From: Eledone cirrhosa
Taxonomy: Eukaryota
DNA length: 64,000 nucleotides
NCBI GenBank assembly: GCA_964016885.1
Contig: OZ024746.1
Coordinates: forward strand, 47,430,001 to 47,494,000
Reading direction: 5' to 3'
Shown: positions 13,713 to 28,000 of the stretch, one piece after another
Layout: each line of letters begins with the position of its first letter
Numbering within the stretch: the first letter of the stretch is position 1
The notes under the pieces: model-generated
Seen by the model: only the letters and a program-made list of their open reading frames with translations
Databases searched by the model: none
Told to the model about the DNA's origin: nothing
Translations under genes and position numbers: made by a program

Positions 13713-15555
13713 TTAGATGCAAAATTTTTGGAATGTTTTACATATTTTTACTGTTCCATTAATGGATCGTACTTGTTGTTTCCTAACTAGTTGTGTTCTT
13801 TCTGTTCCTGTGAAGCCTAGCTTCTCAAGATTTGTATTGAGGCAGTTACTAACATATCCCAGTGCCCCAATAATCACAGGCTTAAATCTGAAGGTGTAAT
13901 CAGGGTGGAGTATCTGCAGATTTCTCATCAGTTCTGCATAAATATTCTCCTTTTCACTAATCTTTGATATTATATTGGCATCTGCTGGGCAGCTAATTTT
14001 CACTACTGTGCATGTTTTCTTCTCCCTGTCCCATATCATAATATCTGGTCTGTTATGCCTGCATTTTATTGGGGTTTTTACTGGAACATTCCACCAGTAC
14101 TTTTTCATATTATGTACATGGATGTCTTCCACATTGTTGTAGCTTTTAATGTGTTTATTATCGGGGCTATCTTTTTTACGAACTGCATTGTACAGTGTTT
14201 TGGCCACTACATCATGCCTCATAGGTAGATAGTACTGCGATGACATCTTTGGGCAGCTGCTGATGACATGGGTGATATCCCCGATGTTAGTTCTGCAGAG
14301 TCTGCACTTGTTATCACATCTAGGTGTTTTGCCTGCATCCCTATCTCTTTTGTGAATCAGGTATTTCGTGCTAATCTCCTGTTCTTGGATTGCAAAAGCG
14401 TATCCTTCAAAGTGGGAGCCAATAGAGCGGTTGTTGGTCCAAGATAGACTACTTTCCTTATCTATATTACTCTGACTCTGGAGCTTCCTGGCAACATACC
14501 CATGCATGATTTTTTGCTGATAGGCATGCAGTTTTTCATCCATGGATTCACTGCGATACTGCTGAGCGACATCCCTGGGTGTGAGTTTTTGATTATCACA
14601 CAGGGAATATCTCTCAAGGAGTTCCTTCCCAACTCTCATGATCTTATCTGTTTCATGCAGATAGACTTGCTCGAGAAGCGGGCTCCTACACTTCGAGGTT
14701 CGTAGATGTTGTCGGAGAGATATGATGCGACATTCAAATGTTGTCTGGACTGATGTTAGGCCTCTGCTTCCCTGCTTACGTTTCAAGTAAAGGCGGTCTA
14801 TGTCACTGTTGATGTGGAAGTTTCCGGTGTTCAGTATTTTTCGAGTTCCAACATCAACTGCTCGGATTTCGTCTATCGTCCAATTGAGTATTCCAAACGT
14901 TGGTGTTAGGACAGGCACAGCAAACACATTGTGAGCCACTGTTTTGTTTTGCGCAGAGAGTTCCGATGACCAGATCTTTCTTAATCGGGTGTAGTATTCC
15001 CTGGTTACGCGTTCTTTATTACAGATACCATTATAGGATATGTTCTCATCTATCCCCAGATATCTGTAGCAGTCCTCATCAGATATCGGTGAAACAGTTA
15101 GACCATTGATGACAATGTTGCTAGATTGGGTTGTTGTTTTCCCCCGCTTTACAGTCATGTATGAGCATTTATCTTGGCCAAACTCCATTCCTATATCCTT
15201 TGAGAACGTTGTAACCCGGTCAAGATTTTTCTTCATCCCTTCCATGTTCTTGGCATAGAGTTTCAGATCGTCCACAAAGACGTTATGGGTTAGGTTCGTA
15301 TTTCTGTCCTCCTGTGAGCCAATGATGTATCCCTCACATTTCTTGAGCAGAAAGGACAAGGAGTTTAATGACAAGATGAACAATATAACAGAGAGACTGT
15401 CCCCCTCAAATATACCCCTGCAATATTTTATTTTATCAGTGAAAATAGAGTCCTCCCTCTCTGTCTTTAACCTTAGGATAGTAGCCCAGAAGAAGACAGC
15501 CTCTCTATGGCTCTGACAATAATGTCTGGGACTTTAGCAAGTTGGAGGGCCTCTA
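13713..15555 (-). mobile_element. 5'-truncated non-LTR retrotransposon with RT and restriction-like endonuclease (R4/Dong-like)
   Basis: GIFEGDSLS, FVDDLKL, YRYLG, CCHC knuckle CRLC..HVISSC, RHD, RPDIMIWD, KENIY, PVIIGALG. The 556-aa ORF spans 13713-15383 and sits in TA/TATG microsatellite. Clade assignment is from motif recall. Confidence 0.85.
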
Positions 15556-16130
15556 TATGTATGTATATATGTATGTATGTATGTATGTAAACATTCGAGT
15601 AGTTCTCTAAGAACATGATATTTCTAATTTCAAGAATAGCTGTTTATTATACCTCGGTCTTTACATATGAATGGAAAACTTTCGGAAAGTAATTTCTTAC
15701 TCTACAGCTTCACTGGAGATTTTTCAGATATCTACTTTCTCCCAGATGGGTTAATAACACATCTTTGTCTTCTAGGTATTCATATATCTCTAAGATAAAT
15801 CTACAATAAGCATCACTATTCTAGAATTCATTCTGTAGAATGTTGTTCTCCTATTACCTGTTATATAAAATTTGTCTGTTTCTTTCTTTCTTTTTACTAT
15901 AAAAATGATGAAATTTATCGATTCTTACAATGAATTATGAGGTTCAAATGACTCATTACGTGCAGTATTGAATACTAAATAAAAGAAGCAATCACCCGAA
16001 TCCTAAAGAATTCTCTGTATACATAAATACAAATTCATATACACATTCATGCTTACCTGCTTTTCTATATACACACGCATACAAACACCATACACACACA
16101 CACACGCGCGCGCGCATATATATATATATA

Positions 16131-16387
16131 ACAAAGGAAATGTGGTAAGGAACCAGATGGACCATAACGCACCAGAGTACTCAATACTTAGAGTAGTAGA
16201 GTGTATGACCCCGACGGCAGAGCTCAAGCCGTTTCGACGGCTATTTCTTCGACTGCTATTTCTGGACTAAATAAGAATTTTTAGCCTGGCTAAATTAGAA
16301 TTTTTAACCAGGCTAAAAATTCTAATTTAGTCCAGAAATAGCCGTCGAAACGGTTTGAGCTCTGCCATCGGGGTCATACTTTTTCCT
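16131..16387 (-). mobile_element. Fold-back solo fragment of the PLE 2 pLTR family
   Basis: Homologous to 6177-6387 and 9793-9950, with an inversion centre near 16295. Confidence 0.75.
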
Positions 16388-16722
16388 ATATATATATATA
16401 TATTATATGTACGGCCGTTACTTAAATATAAGTATGTATACGTACATACATATATGTATACAGTAGTATGTATATATATATACATACATGCACACATATA
16501 TATGTACGTATGGGTTTACCGAACATTTATTATAATGCTCGGTGTGTTTGTAAACAGCCGTACTAAGAGTGAGAAATGAAATTTCGTTTCATTTTTTCCG
16601 TTTATCGTTTTCGGTACCCCGGCCGATTAACTCACTCGATATGCAAATTAGGCTGCTCAGCCGTTAATATGCATAAGGAAAGTATATACTTTCAGACGTT
16701 CAACTATCTGGCAGGAAGGTAT

Positions 16723-16765
16723 ACATTGCTGACGATAGCTAATAAGCTTGAAACTAGTACAGCGT
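16723..16765 (+). ncRNA. Type I hammerhead in a diverged copy (~16400-16970) of the ~470-bp element family
   Basis: acattg-CTGACGA-T-AGCT-aata-AGCT-T-GAAAC-ta-GTA-cagcgt. Confidence 0.75.
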
Positions 16766-16966
16766 TCCTTTGTCAGTGTTGAACAAATGAGCAACGATGG
16801 TTGCTAGACACTGTACGGCTTAATTCGGGATGTTTGTTTACAAACACACCGAGCATTATAATAAATGTTCGGTGAATCCATACGTACATATATATATATG
16901 TGTGCATGTATGTATATATACATACTACTGTACGTCTGTATACATATATGTATGTACGTATACATA

Positions 16967-17043
<77 letters not shown>

Positions 17044-17161
17044 TTATATATATATATATATATATTTATTTCTAGGTTTCTTATATATTTGATATATATT
17101 TATCCTTATCGAGCCCTCTTTGGATTTTAGTCTTCAAACTTATTATTATTACTATTATTAT

Positions 17162-17307
<146 letters not shown>

Positions 17308-17689
17308 GTTCCTTTACTACGGACTTGTTATTGAACTGGTTAGGAGAAAACAAACTTATGTTGGGGTGCGTAACAAGACCTGAACTTCGGGAGTAGATGA
17401 CTCTTTCTAACGTTTGTTAATGTTTGTTATCCAATAAATAACAATTCAACAAATATGTTGTTATTTTGCCTATAATTTAACTAAAGCTATAAATGATAAC
17501 CACGAAAAAAAGAAAACAGACAAAACCCATAATGATGACAAGTGTAAACACAGTCGCTCTTAACTTCGCACAGTTCTGGCAAAAGCTAGCCGTAGTATGG
17601 TTCGCACAAGCCGAGGTACAGTTCACCATAAAAAAATATCACTTCGGGTCGAACAAAATACTCGTATGTTACAGCAACCCTGGACAAAG

Positions 17690-18205
17690 AAACAGTAACA
17701 AAGGTATTGAACATCCTAATCAGACCACCTTATGATTAAAGTAGTAGAAAAACCAGGAGCTACCATAAAATCCCAAATCAGTAGGACATACCCCTTTATG
17801 AAAAAACCCTGGACTGATAGAAATTGTATAGTCTGTAAGAAAAGCCCACAGATAAACTGTAAAACTAGAAATGTAGTCTATAGGATAAGATGTACAGAGG
17901 GATGATGCCGATACAAGACAACGACATACATAGGAGAGACAGCCTATAGTATTGAAGAAAGATTAAAGCAACACAGGCTAGAACTTAAGGAGAAGAAAAG
18001 CTCATCAGTGCTATATCAACATGTGAAACTAGAATACGAGGGCTCTGTAGATAACATAGAAATAAAGATCCTGTCCACACATAGAACTGACGCAACACTC
18101 AGACAAATTACGGGGGCTACTAACATAATAGAAGATAGTCCTAGCCTGAACAGAAAACACGACTGGAATAGTAACAACCCGCAACTTAATGTTGAAGACA
18201 GAATA
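17690..18205 (+). pseudogene. 3' fragment of a third PLE family: Cys-rich linker + GIY-YIG endonuclease
   Basis: Manual translation: IKVVEKPGATIKSQISRTYPF..CIVC..NCKTRNVVYRIRC..*C..YIGETAYSIEERLKQH..SVLYQH..RQITGA..LNRKHDW, with one in-frame TGA. Confidence 0.8.
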
Positions 18206-18292
18206 AAGACACACACACATATATATGTGTGTGTGTGTGTGTGTATGTGTGTGTGTGTGTGTGAGAGAGAGAGAGTGTGTGAGAGAGAGAGA

Positions 18293-18331
<39 letters not shown>

Positions 18332-18348
18332 CATATATATAAACATAT

Positions 18349-18422
<74 letters not shown>

Positions 18423-18524
18423 GTTTCTGAATTTGTTTAGCAAGATTCTTTATCTGAAATCGTGTGTTGAAACCGATATTGTTATACTTTGTTTCTTATT
18501 GGCAACATGGCCCTCCCAAAGTAT

Positions 18525-18560
<36 letters not shown>

Positions 18561-18786
18561 CCTGTTGTAAAGAGATGCGTGCCGACAAGTACACTGGTAT
18601 AATTATATATGGAAATATAGCGATAAGAAAAAAAGCAGATCGATTAATCTAATTCTTGTAGTCTTTAGGAAGAAGACAGTAAAACTATTGCTTTGGATGC
18701 TTGTATTTCTGATGTATTTATTTTGTCTATTGAGATAACGTCACTATGGTAATGAATATAAGTAGTATTATTAATTATCTGTGTGA

Positions 18787-18975
18787 AGGCGGTGGATTGC
18801 CAGTATCGGTAGAGGGTCAGACGCCATGCTTTCCAGCATAGTTATGTCCCTTTTAGATCTGAGTTCAAGTCCCGCCGAGGTTGATTTTGCCTTTCATCCT
18901 TACGGGGTCGATAAAATAAAGTACCAGTAATGCACTGGGTAATTGCTGGCCTTGTGCCAAAAGTAGAAACAATTA
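18787..18975 (+). mobile_element. tRNA-derived SINE, near full length
   Basis: A-box-like head, B box gagttcaagtccc, shared central domain and tail ccttgtgccaaaagtagaaacaatt. Confidence 0.85.
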
Positions 18976-19216
18976 TTAATTATCTGTGTAACGATTTAGT
19001 TATAAAGACAATTCTTGCTAAACAATAATATTCTGTTTCTGATACATGTTTGAGTTAATCCAATACTATGCTATCTGAACTCAACACGTGTGTATGTATG
19101 TTTTAACGTGCACTCGTATATTTAAATAGGTATATATATATATATATTCCATGCCAGTTACGACAACGCTTGTAACATGTATTCGTTAAATAATTTAACT
19201 TGGCACTTCTTTGTCA

Positions 19217-19402
19217 TAATTGTTTCTACTTTAGGCACAAGGCCAGCAATTACCCAGTTCATTACTGGTACTTTATGTTATCGACCCCGTAAGGATGAAA
19301 GGCAAAGTCAACCTCGGCGGGATTTGAACTCAGATCGTAAAGGGACGTAACTATGCTGGAAAGCATGGCGTCCGACCCTCTACCGATACTGCCAATCCAC
19401 CG
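19217..19402 (-). mobile_element. tRNA-derived SINE with target-site duplication
   Basis: Reverse complement of the same family. gcacttctttgtcataat is duplicated on both sides (about 19203-19220 and 19402-19419). Confidence 0.85.
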
Positions 19403-21269
19403 CACTTCTTTGTCATAATGATACTAAAATATAAATTTCTTAAGAAAATTATTTGAAAATTTCGATCAAAACTTATTTTGAATTTTATAAATAGCCATTT
19501 TGTACACCATCCACAAAAGTTAGCTTTCAATGAATACGTTAGTTAAAGCAAGTCATGAACTAAACATCATTATAGTATAATACCTAACACGGAGTATGTA
19601 CTGTGAAAGAAAATGTTCAACGCTACTTCGTAATACAAAAGCTAAAAGATGTTAAACACCTGTTTGACTCAATCCCGTTAACAATTAATCGAAATCGCCT
19701 GCACTGTAACGAAAGAAATAAAACAAAATGCTCGAAAACTATATTTCTAATTGATGCAATAATTTCCGTTACACTGGCGGAACAATGTTTTGATTTAGAA
19801 ATTAATGCAACTTGACAAATTCTAATTGTACAAGGATAATCAATACCCCCAATACATTCCTTACGGTTTTTCTACTTTTTTTGTTTCTTTTGGTTTTTGT
19901 TCTCGGTTTTTTAATCAACTCGTCAATGTCTGAGCGAATTTTCCAGCGATTAGCTTCACTAAATCCTAAAAATATTTTCTCATCAGCTACGACCTCTAGG
20001 TTTCCTTATCCTGTTTCCATGTTATTACTTCATTCAAGCATACTTCGTCCAGAATAGCAGAAAATAATCTGCTTTTATGTTACAAAATTGTTTGCTGAAA
20101 GCATTTTTTTTTTAATCTTAGATCTGCCAGTGAATAAACTGATGATCTCAATGTGAAAATAGAAATCTCAATCTGTGAGACATGGTACATTTGGATGCGT
20201 GTAAACAGATGTGATATAATAGATGATAGAAATATTTATGGGTTTTGACATTTACAGTGAGGGATTTAATGAATGACAAAATGGAATATATAAGCCTATT
20301 TGCAACATCATAGAATCAGAAAATATGTGAAAATAGTGGAAAGACATTAATTCCGAGATGTATTGATTATTTTTCCTAATCTATCATTGAAACTATACAT
20401 GTATAACAACCCAAAACAGCATAACATGAGCTAACATTGCTCTTCAAAAAAAGAAGAAAAACTTCAGCCCTCATCAATGGCTGACCTTCGGTAGCAAAGG
20501 TGCGCGTTACAATTTACAGTAACGCTCATATATTCGGGACAGGGTGCTGCTACTCATACAAACATATCAAGAACAATTTATTATATATTTTGTAAAATGC
20601 GTGTATGTGTGTGTTAGTTTGTGTATGTGAGTGTAGATGTGTGTTTGTCTTTCTGAGCGTATGTGCGTGTGTGTTTGCTTGTGTGTATGTGTGTGTGTGT
20701 GTGTTTTTGCTAATCTTTTTTTTTTCTATGCATCTATCACATTCTCTCCGCTATCACCACAGTACTAAATCTTACCTCTTATTGTTACTTTCTTTCTTTC
20801 ATACTATTACCAACTTTCCTTTTACACACCTGCCCCTCGCCTTCTCTTCCTTTCAATATCTTTGTTGTAGTCTCTCTCTTTCTTCTCTATTTCTTATTCC
20901 TTCGATTTCTCCTTTACTGTCACTATGTATGCTTTGTTTATATTTGCTTCATTCCTTTACCTTCCAATTACATTTCTATTTAAAATCAGATTTCATTAAT
21001 TTCTCTTTAATTTGAAATAGCATTTCTATTATTTCTTACTGAACAATTTTCGTTCTTTGCTTCCTGAATTCAAATAATGCTATGACCTATTTGGGGTGGC
21101 TGATTAATCTGTTTTAGCACCACCACCTGGCCATTGGATGCGACAGAATCTATTATCGTAATATCATTAAAAGAAATCATACTGTTTCCCAAATACGCTT
21201 CGAAGTAAAGAAAATCTGTTCATATCCAAGCTACTTTGCAAAGAGAAATTCTTTAGATAATCATGAAAA

Positions 21270-21485
21270 TAATAGCTTCTAATTTAGGCACAAGGCCAGT
21301 AAATTTGAAGGTAAGGCAAAATTGATTAAATCAAGCTCAGTATATAGTAGGTATTTTATTTTATCGACCTCGGAACGATGAAAGGCAAAGTTGATCTCAG
21401 CAGAAATTGAACTCAGAATGTAAAGAAGAACAAATACCACAAAATATTTTTCCGACGCTCTAGGTATTCTGCCAATTCACCACCC
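21270..21485 (-). mobile_element. Diverged SINE copy
   Basis: Same central domain (gatgaaaggcaaagttga..gaactcagaa). Confidence 0.7.
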
Positions 21486-21950
21486 TAGGTCAGAAGAATA
21501 TTAAAACCTTTAAGCGTTGACCTGACCAACAGGATAGAATACTAACACTATTGAATTTCTGAGGTTATTATCGTGATCAACATCTACAGTCTCATCAATA
21601 TGGCATTTTGCTATTGTTCAGCTGAATAGCTTTAAGAACAAGTTCCAAACCATTCCTTATGACAATTTCTATTGCTTCCTTTACAGTTAAAATTATAATA
21701 TCCTCCCCAACAGTATGTGAAATTCATTTTATATTCTTGTGTTAAAAGATATACTGTAAGAGGTTACAGTGTGACTTGATACTTTCTTCCCTCGCTCCAG
21801 CCAGTCTGGCGCGGTGCTGAAAAGAGTCATGGTCACTGCCCATCTTCTCAGATTAAACCATATAAATGTCAAGAAAAAAGAAAATATTTGATTCAATGAT
21901 AATGTAAATGAATTCGGTATGACGAATTATTATTTGTTTGTGAGAGTGAT

Positions 21951-21997
<47 letters not shown>

Positions 21998-22003
<6 letters not shown>

Positions 22004-25000
22004 GATCGAGTATCGAAAAATCGGCGCACGAGTTCACGATAAACGAAATTCGATATGAGCGGCAGAGGGCTCAATAATTCAGATGAATCAGAGCTATAAC
22101 TATCGTTAAAATACCGTCACATATAGAACAAGTCTACAATCAACCATACGATTTAAAATCGATAAAGGAAGATTCGGGCCAAACAGATAAAAAATATCAA
22201 TAAAACAATACGTCAATAATTTAAATGAATGTAAAATCATACCCGGACCCACTAGACAGGTGTTAAATCTAGCTTCATGGGTTTCTGTAAATCCTTAGAC
22301 TGTACTCTATCAGCTCACATATAAATATAAAAGCCTACTAGAGCAAGTGGAACGGAGGTTTACGTTATCAACGAGTTTTTTCCTGGCGGCAGAGGAGCCA
22401 ACTACCAGTGAAAAACGCACATGGCATTAGACAAGGGAGATGACCCCTATATCCGCGAAAACAATTCGAGTGAATGTGGAAATACACATATCGAATTAGA
22501 GTGCTCAATAGACATGTTAAAATAAAACAAAAGCTATTCATCACTCAATAGAATCGACAAAAAATGAGCAATAAAATTAACTGGTGGATAGCTATGTCCA
22601 GAGCTAAATATATTAGAAAGATCGAGTATCGAAAAATCGGCGCACGAGTTCACGATAAACGAAATTCGATATGAGCGGCAGAGGGCTCAATGATTCAGAT
22701 GAATCAGAGCTATAACTATCGTTAAAATACCGTCACATATAGAACAAGTCTACAATCAACCATACGATTTAAAATCGATAAAGGAAGATTCGGGCCAAAC
22801 AGATAAAAAATATCAATAAAACAATACGTCAATAATTTAAATGAATGTAAAATCATACCCGGACCCACTAGACAGGTGTTAAATCTAGCTTCATGGGTTT
22901 CTGTAAATCCTTAGACTGTACTCTATCAGCTCACATATAAATATAAAAGCCTACTAGAGCAAGTGGAACGGAGGTTTACGTTATCAACGAGTTTTTTCCT
23001 GGCGGCAGAGGAGCCAACTACCAGTGAAAAACGCACATGGCATTAGACAAGGGAGATGACCCCTATATCCGCGAAAACAATTCGAGTGAATGTGGAAATA
23101 CACATATCGAATTAGAGTGCTCAATAGACATGTTAAAATAAAACAAAAGCTATTCATCACTCAATAGAATCGACAAAAAATGAGCAATAAAATTAACTGG
23201 TGGATAGCTATGTCCAGAGCTAAATATATTAGAAAGATCGAGTATCGAAAAATCGGCGCACGAGTTCACGATAAACGAAATTCGATATGAGCGGCAGAGG
23301 GCTCAATAATTCAGATGAATCAGAGCTATAACTATCGTTAAAATACCGTCACATATAGAACAAGTCTACAATCAACCATACGATTTAAAATCGATAAAGG
23401 AAGATTCGGGCCAAACAGATAAAAAATATCAATAAAACAATACGTCAATAATTTAAATGAATGTAAAATCATACCCGGACCCACTAGACAGGTGTTAAAT
23501 CTAGCTTCATGGGTTTCTGTAAATCCTTAGACTGTACTCTATCAGCTCACATATAAATATAAAAGCCTACTAGAGCAAGTGGAACGGAGGTTTACGTTAT
23601 CAACGAGTTTTTTCCTGGCGGCAGAGGAGCCAACTACCAGTGAAAAACGCACATGGCATTAGACAAGGGAGATGACCCCTATATCCGCGAAAACAATTCG
23701 AGTGAATGTGGAAATACACATATCGAATTAGAGTGCTCAATAGACATGTTAAAATAAAACAAAAGCTATTCATCACTCAATAGAATCGACAAAAAATGAG
23801 CAATAAAATTAACTGGTGGATAGCTATGTCCAGAGCTAAATATATTAGAAAGATCGAGTATCGAAAAATCGGCGCACGAGTTCACGATAAACGAAATTCG
23901 ATATGAGCGGCAGAGGGCTCAATGATTCAGATGAATCAGAGCTATAACTATCGTTAAAATACCGTCACATATAGAACAAGTCTACAATCAACCATACGAT
24001 TTAAAATCGATAAAGGAAGATTCGGGCCAAACAGATAAAAAATATCAATAAAACAATACGTCAATAATTTAAATGAATGTAAAATCATACCCGGACCCAC
24101 TAGACAGGTGTTAAATCTAGCTTCATGGGTTTCTGTAAATCCTTAGACTGTACTCTATCAGCTCACATATAAATATAAAAGCCTACTAGAGCAAGTGGAA
24201 CGGAGGTTTACGTTATCAACGAGTTTTTTCCTGGCGGCAGAGGAGCCAACTACCAGTGAAAAACGCACATGGCATTAGACAAGGGAGATGACCCCTATAT
24301 CCGCGAAAACAATTCGAGTGAATGTGGAAATACACATATCGAATTAGAGTGCTCAATAGACATGTTAAAATAAAACAAAAGCTATTCATCACTCAATAGA
24401 ATCGACAAAAAATGAGCAATAAAATTAACTGGTGGATAGCTATGTCCAGAGCTAAATATATTAGAAAGATCGAGTATCGAAAAATCGGCGCACGAGTTCA
24501 CGATAAACGAAATTCGATATGAGCGGCAGAGGGCTCAATAATTCAGATGAATCAGAGCTATAACTATCGTTAAAATACCGTCACATATAGAACAAGTCTA
24601 CAATCAACCATACGATTTAAAATCGATAAAGGAAGATTCGGGCCAAACAGATAAAAAATATCAATAAAACAATACGTCAATAATTTAAATGAATGTAAAA
24701 TCATACCCGGACCCACTAGACAGGTGTTAAATCTAGCTTCATGGGTTTCTGTAAATCCTTAGACTGTACTCTATCAGCTCACATATAAATATAAAAGCCT
24801 ACTAGAGCAAGTGGAACGGAGGTTTACGTTATCAACGAGTTTTTTCCTGGCGGCAGAGGAGCCAACTACCAGTGAAAAACGCACATGGCATTAGACAAGG
24901 GAGATGACCCCTATATCCGCGAAAACAATTCGAGTGAATGTGGAAATACACATATCGAATTAGAGTGCTCAATAGACATGTTAAAATAAAACAAAAGCTA

Positions 25001-28000
25001 TTCATCACTCAATAGAATCGACAAAAAATGAGCAATAAAATTAACTGGTGGATAGCTATGTCCAGAGCTAAATATATTAGAAAGATCGAGTATCGAAAAA
25101 TCGGCGCACGAGTTCACGATAAACGAAATTCGATATGAGCGGCAGAGGGCTCAATGATTCAGATGAATCAGAGCTATAACTATCGTTAAAATACCGTCAC
25201 ATATAGAACAAGTCTACAATCAACCATACGATTTAAAATCGATAAAGGAAGATTCGGGCCAAACAGATAAAAAATATCAATAAAACAATACGTCAATAAT
25301 TTAAATGAATGTAAAATCATACCCGGACCCACTAGACAGGTGTTAAATCTAGCTTCATGGGTTTCTGTAAATCCTTAGACTGTACTCTATCAGCTCACAT
25401 ATAAATATAAAAGCCTACTAGAGCAAGTGGAACGGAGGTTTACGTTATCAACGAGTTTTTTCCTGGCGGCAGAGGAGCCAACTACCAGTGAAAAACGCAC
25501 ATGGCATTAGACAAGGGAGATGACCCCTATATCCGCGAAAACAATTCGAGTGAATGTGGAAATACACATATCGAATTAGAGTGCTCAATAGACATGTTAA
25601 AATAAAACAAAAGCTATTCATCACTCAATAGAATCGACAAAAAATGAGCAATAAAATTAACTGGTGGATAGCTATGTCCAGAGCTAAATATATTAGAAAG
25701 ATCGAGTATCGAAAAATCGGCGCACGAGTTCACGATAAACGAAATTCGATATGAGCGGCAGAGGGCTCAATGATTCAGATGAATCAGAGCTATAACTATC
25801 GTTAAAATACCGTCACATATAGAACAAGTCTACAATCAACCATACGATTTAAAATCGATAAAGGAAGATTCGGGCCAAACAGATAAAAAATATCAATAAA
25901 ACAATACGTCAATAATTTAAATGAATGTAAAATCATACCCGGACCCACTAGACAGGTGTTAAATCTAGCTTCATGGGTTTCTGTAAATCCTTAGACTGTA
26001 CTCTATCAGCTCACATATAAATATAAAAGCCTACTAGAGCAAGTGGAACGGAGGTTTACGTTATCAACGAGTTTTTTCCTGGCGGCAGAGGAGCCAACTA
26101 CCAGTGAAAAACGCACATGGCATTAGACAAGGGAGATGACCCCTATATCCGCGAAAACAATTCGAGTGAATGTGGAAATACACATATCGAATTAGAGTGC
26201 TCAATAGACATGTTAAAATAAAACAAAAGCTATTCATCACTCAATAGAATCGACAAAAAATGAGCAATAAAATTAACTGGTGGATAGCTATGTCCAGAGC
26301 TAAATATATTAGAAAGATCGAGTATCGAAAAATCGGCGCACGAGTTCACGATAAACGAAATTCGATATGAGCGGCAGAGGGCTCAATAATTCAGATGAAT
26401 CAGAGCTATAACTATCGTTAAAATACCGTCACATATAGAACAAGTCTACAATCAACCATACGATTTAAAATCGATAAAGGAAGATTCGGGCCAAACAGAT
26501 AAAAAATATCAATAAAACAATACGTCAATAATTTAAATGAATGTAAAATCATACCCGGACCCACTAGACAGGTGTTAAATCTAGCTTCATGGGTTTCTGT
26601 AAATCCTTAGACTGTACTCTATCAGCTCACATATAAATATAAAAGCCTACTAGAGCAAGTGGAACGGAGGTTTACGTTATCAACGAGTTTTTTCCTGGCG
26701 GCAGAGGAGCCAACTACCAGTGAAAAACGCACATGGCATTAGACAAGGGAGATGACCCCTATATCCGCGAAAACAATTCGAGTGAATGTGGAAATACACA
26801 TATCGAATTAGAGTGCTCAATAGACATGTTAAAATAAAACAAAAGCTATTCATCACTCAATAGAATCGACAAAAAATGAGCAATAAAATTAACTGGTGGA
26901 TAGCTATGTCCAGAGCTAAATATATTAGAAAGATCGAGTATCGAAAAATCGGCGCACGAGTTCACGATAAACGAAATTCGATATGAGCGGCAGAGGGCTC
27001 AATAATTCAGATGAATCAGAGCTATAACTATCGTTAAAATACCGTCACATATAGAACAAGTCTACAATCAACCATACGATTTAAAATCGATAAAGGAAGA
27101 TTCGGGCCAAACAGATAAAAAATATCAATAAAACAATACGTCAATAATTTAAATGAATGTAAAATCATACCCGGACCCACTAGAAAGGTGTTAAATCTAG
27201 CTTCATGGGTTTCTGTAAATCCTTAGACTGTACTCTATCAGCTCACATATAAATATAAAAGCCTACTAGAGCAAGTGGAACGGAGGTTTACGTTATCAAC
27301 GAGTTTTTTCCTGGCGGCAGAGGAGCCAACTACCAGTGAAAAACGCACATGGCATTAGACAAGGGAGATGACCCCTATATCCGCGAAAACAATTCGAGTG
27401 AATGTGGAAATACACATATCGAATTAGAGTGCTCAATAGACATGTTAAAATAAAACAAAAGCTATTCATCACTCAATAGAATCGACAAAAAATGAGCAAT
27501 AAAATTAACTGGTGGATAGCTATGTCCAGAGCTAAATATATTAGAAAGATCGAGTATCGAAAAATCGGCGCACGAGTTCACGATAAACGAAATTCGATAT
27601 GAGCGGCAGAGGGCTCAATGATTCAGATGAATCAGAGCTATAACTATCGTTAAAATACCGTCACATATAGAACAAGTCTACAATCAACCATACGATTTAA
27701 AATCGATAAAGGAAGATTCGGGCCAAACAGATAAAAAATATCAATAAAACAATACGTCAATAATTTAAATGAATGTAAAATCATACCCGGACCCACTAGA
27801 CAGGTGTTAAATCTAGCTTCATGGGTTTCTGTAAATCCTTAGACTGTACTCTATCAGCTCACATATAAATATAAAAGCCTACTAGAGCAAGTGGAACGGA
27901 GGTTTACGTTATCAACGAGTTTTTTCCTGGCGGCAGAGGAGCCAACTACCAGTGAAAAACGCACATGGCATTAGACAAGGGAGATGACCCCTATATCCGC

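Noticed and set aside
18787-18875. tRNA gene
   Set aside because: This is the tRNA-like head of a multi-copy SINE and has no complete cloverleaf.
21700-21845. GC-richer segment as a possible exon on the minus strand
   Set aside because: Frames are short, there are no convincing splice partners, and it resembles a decayed LINE remnant.
22282-22315. Alternative hammerhead cores CUGAUAGA or CUAAGGA in the 616-bp unit
   Set aside because: Neither allows a stem I with the CGGGU arm after GUC. Only the upstream UUGAUAA core does.
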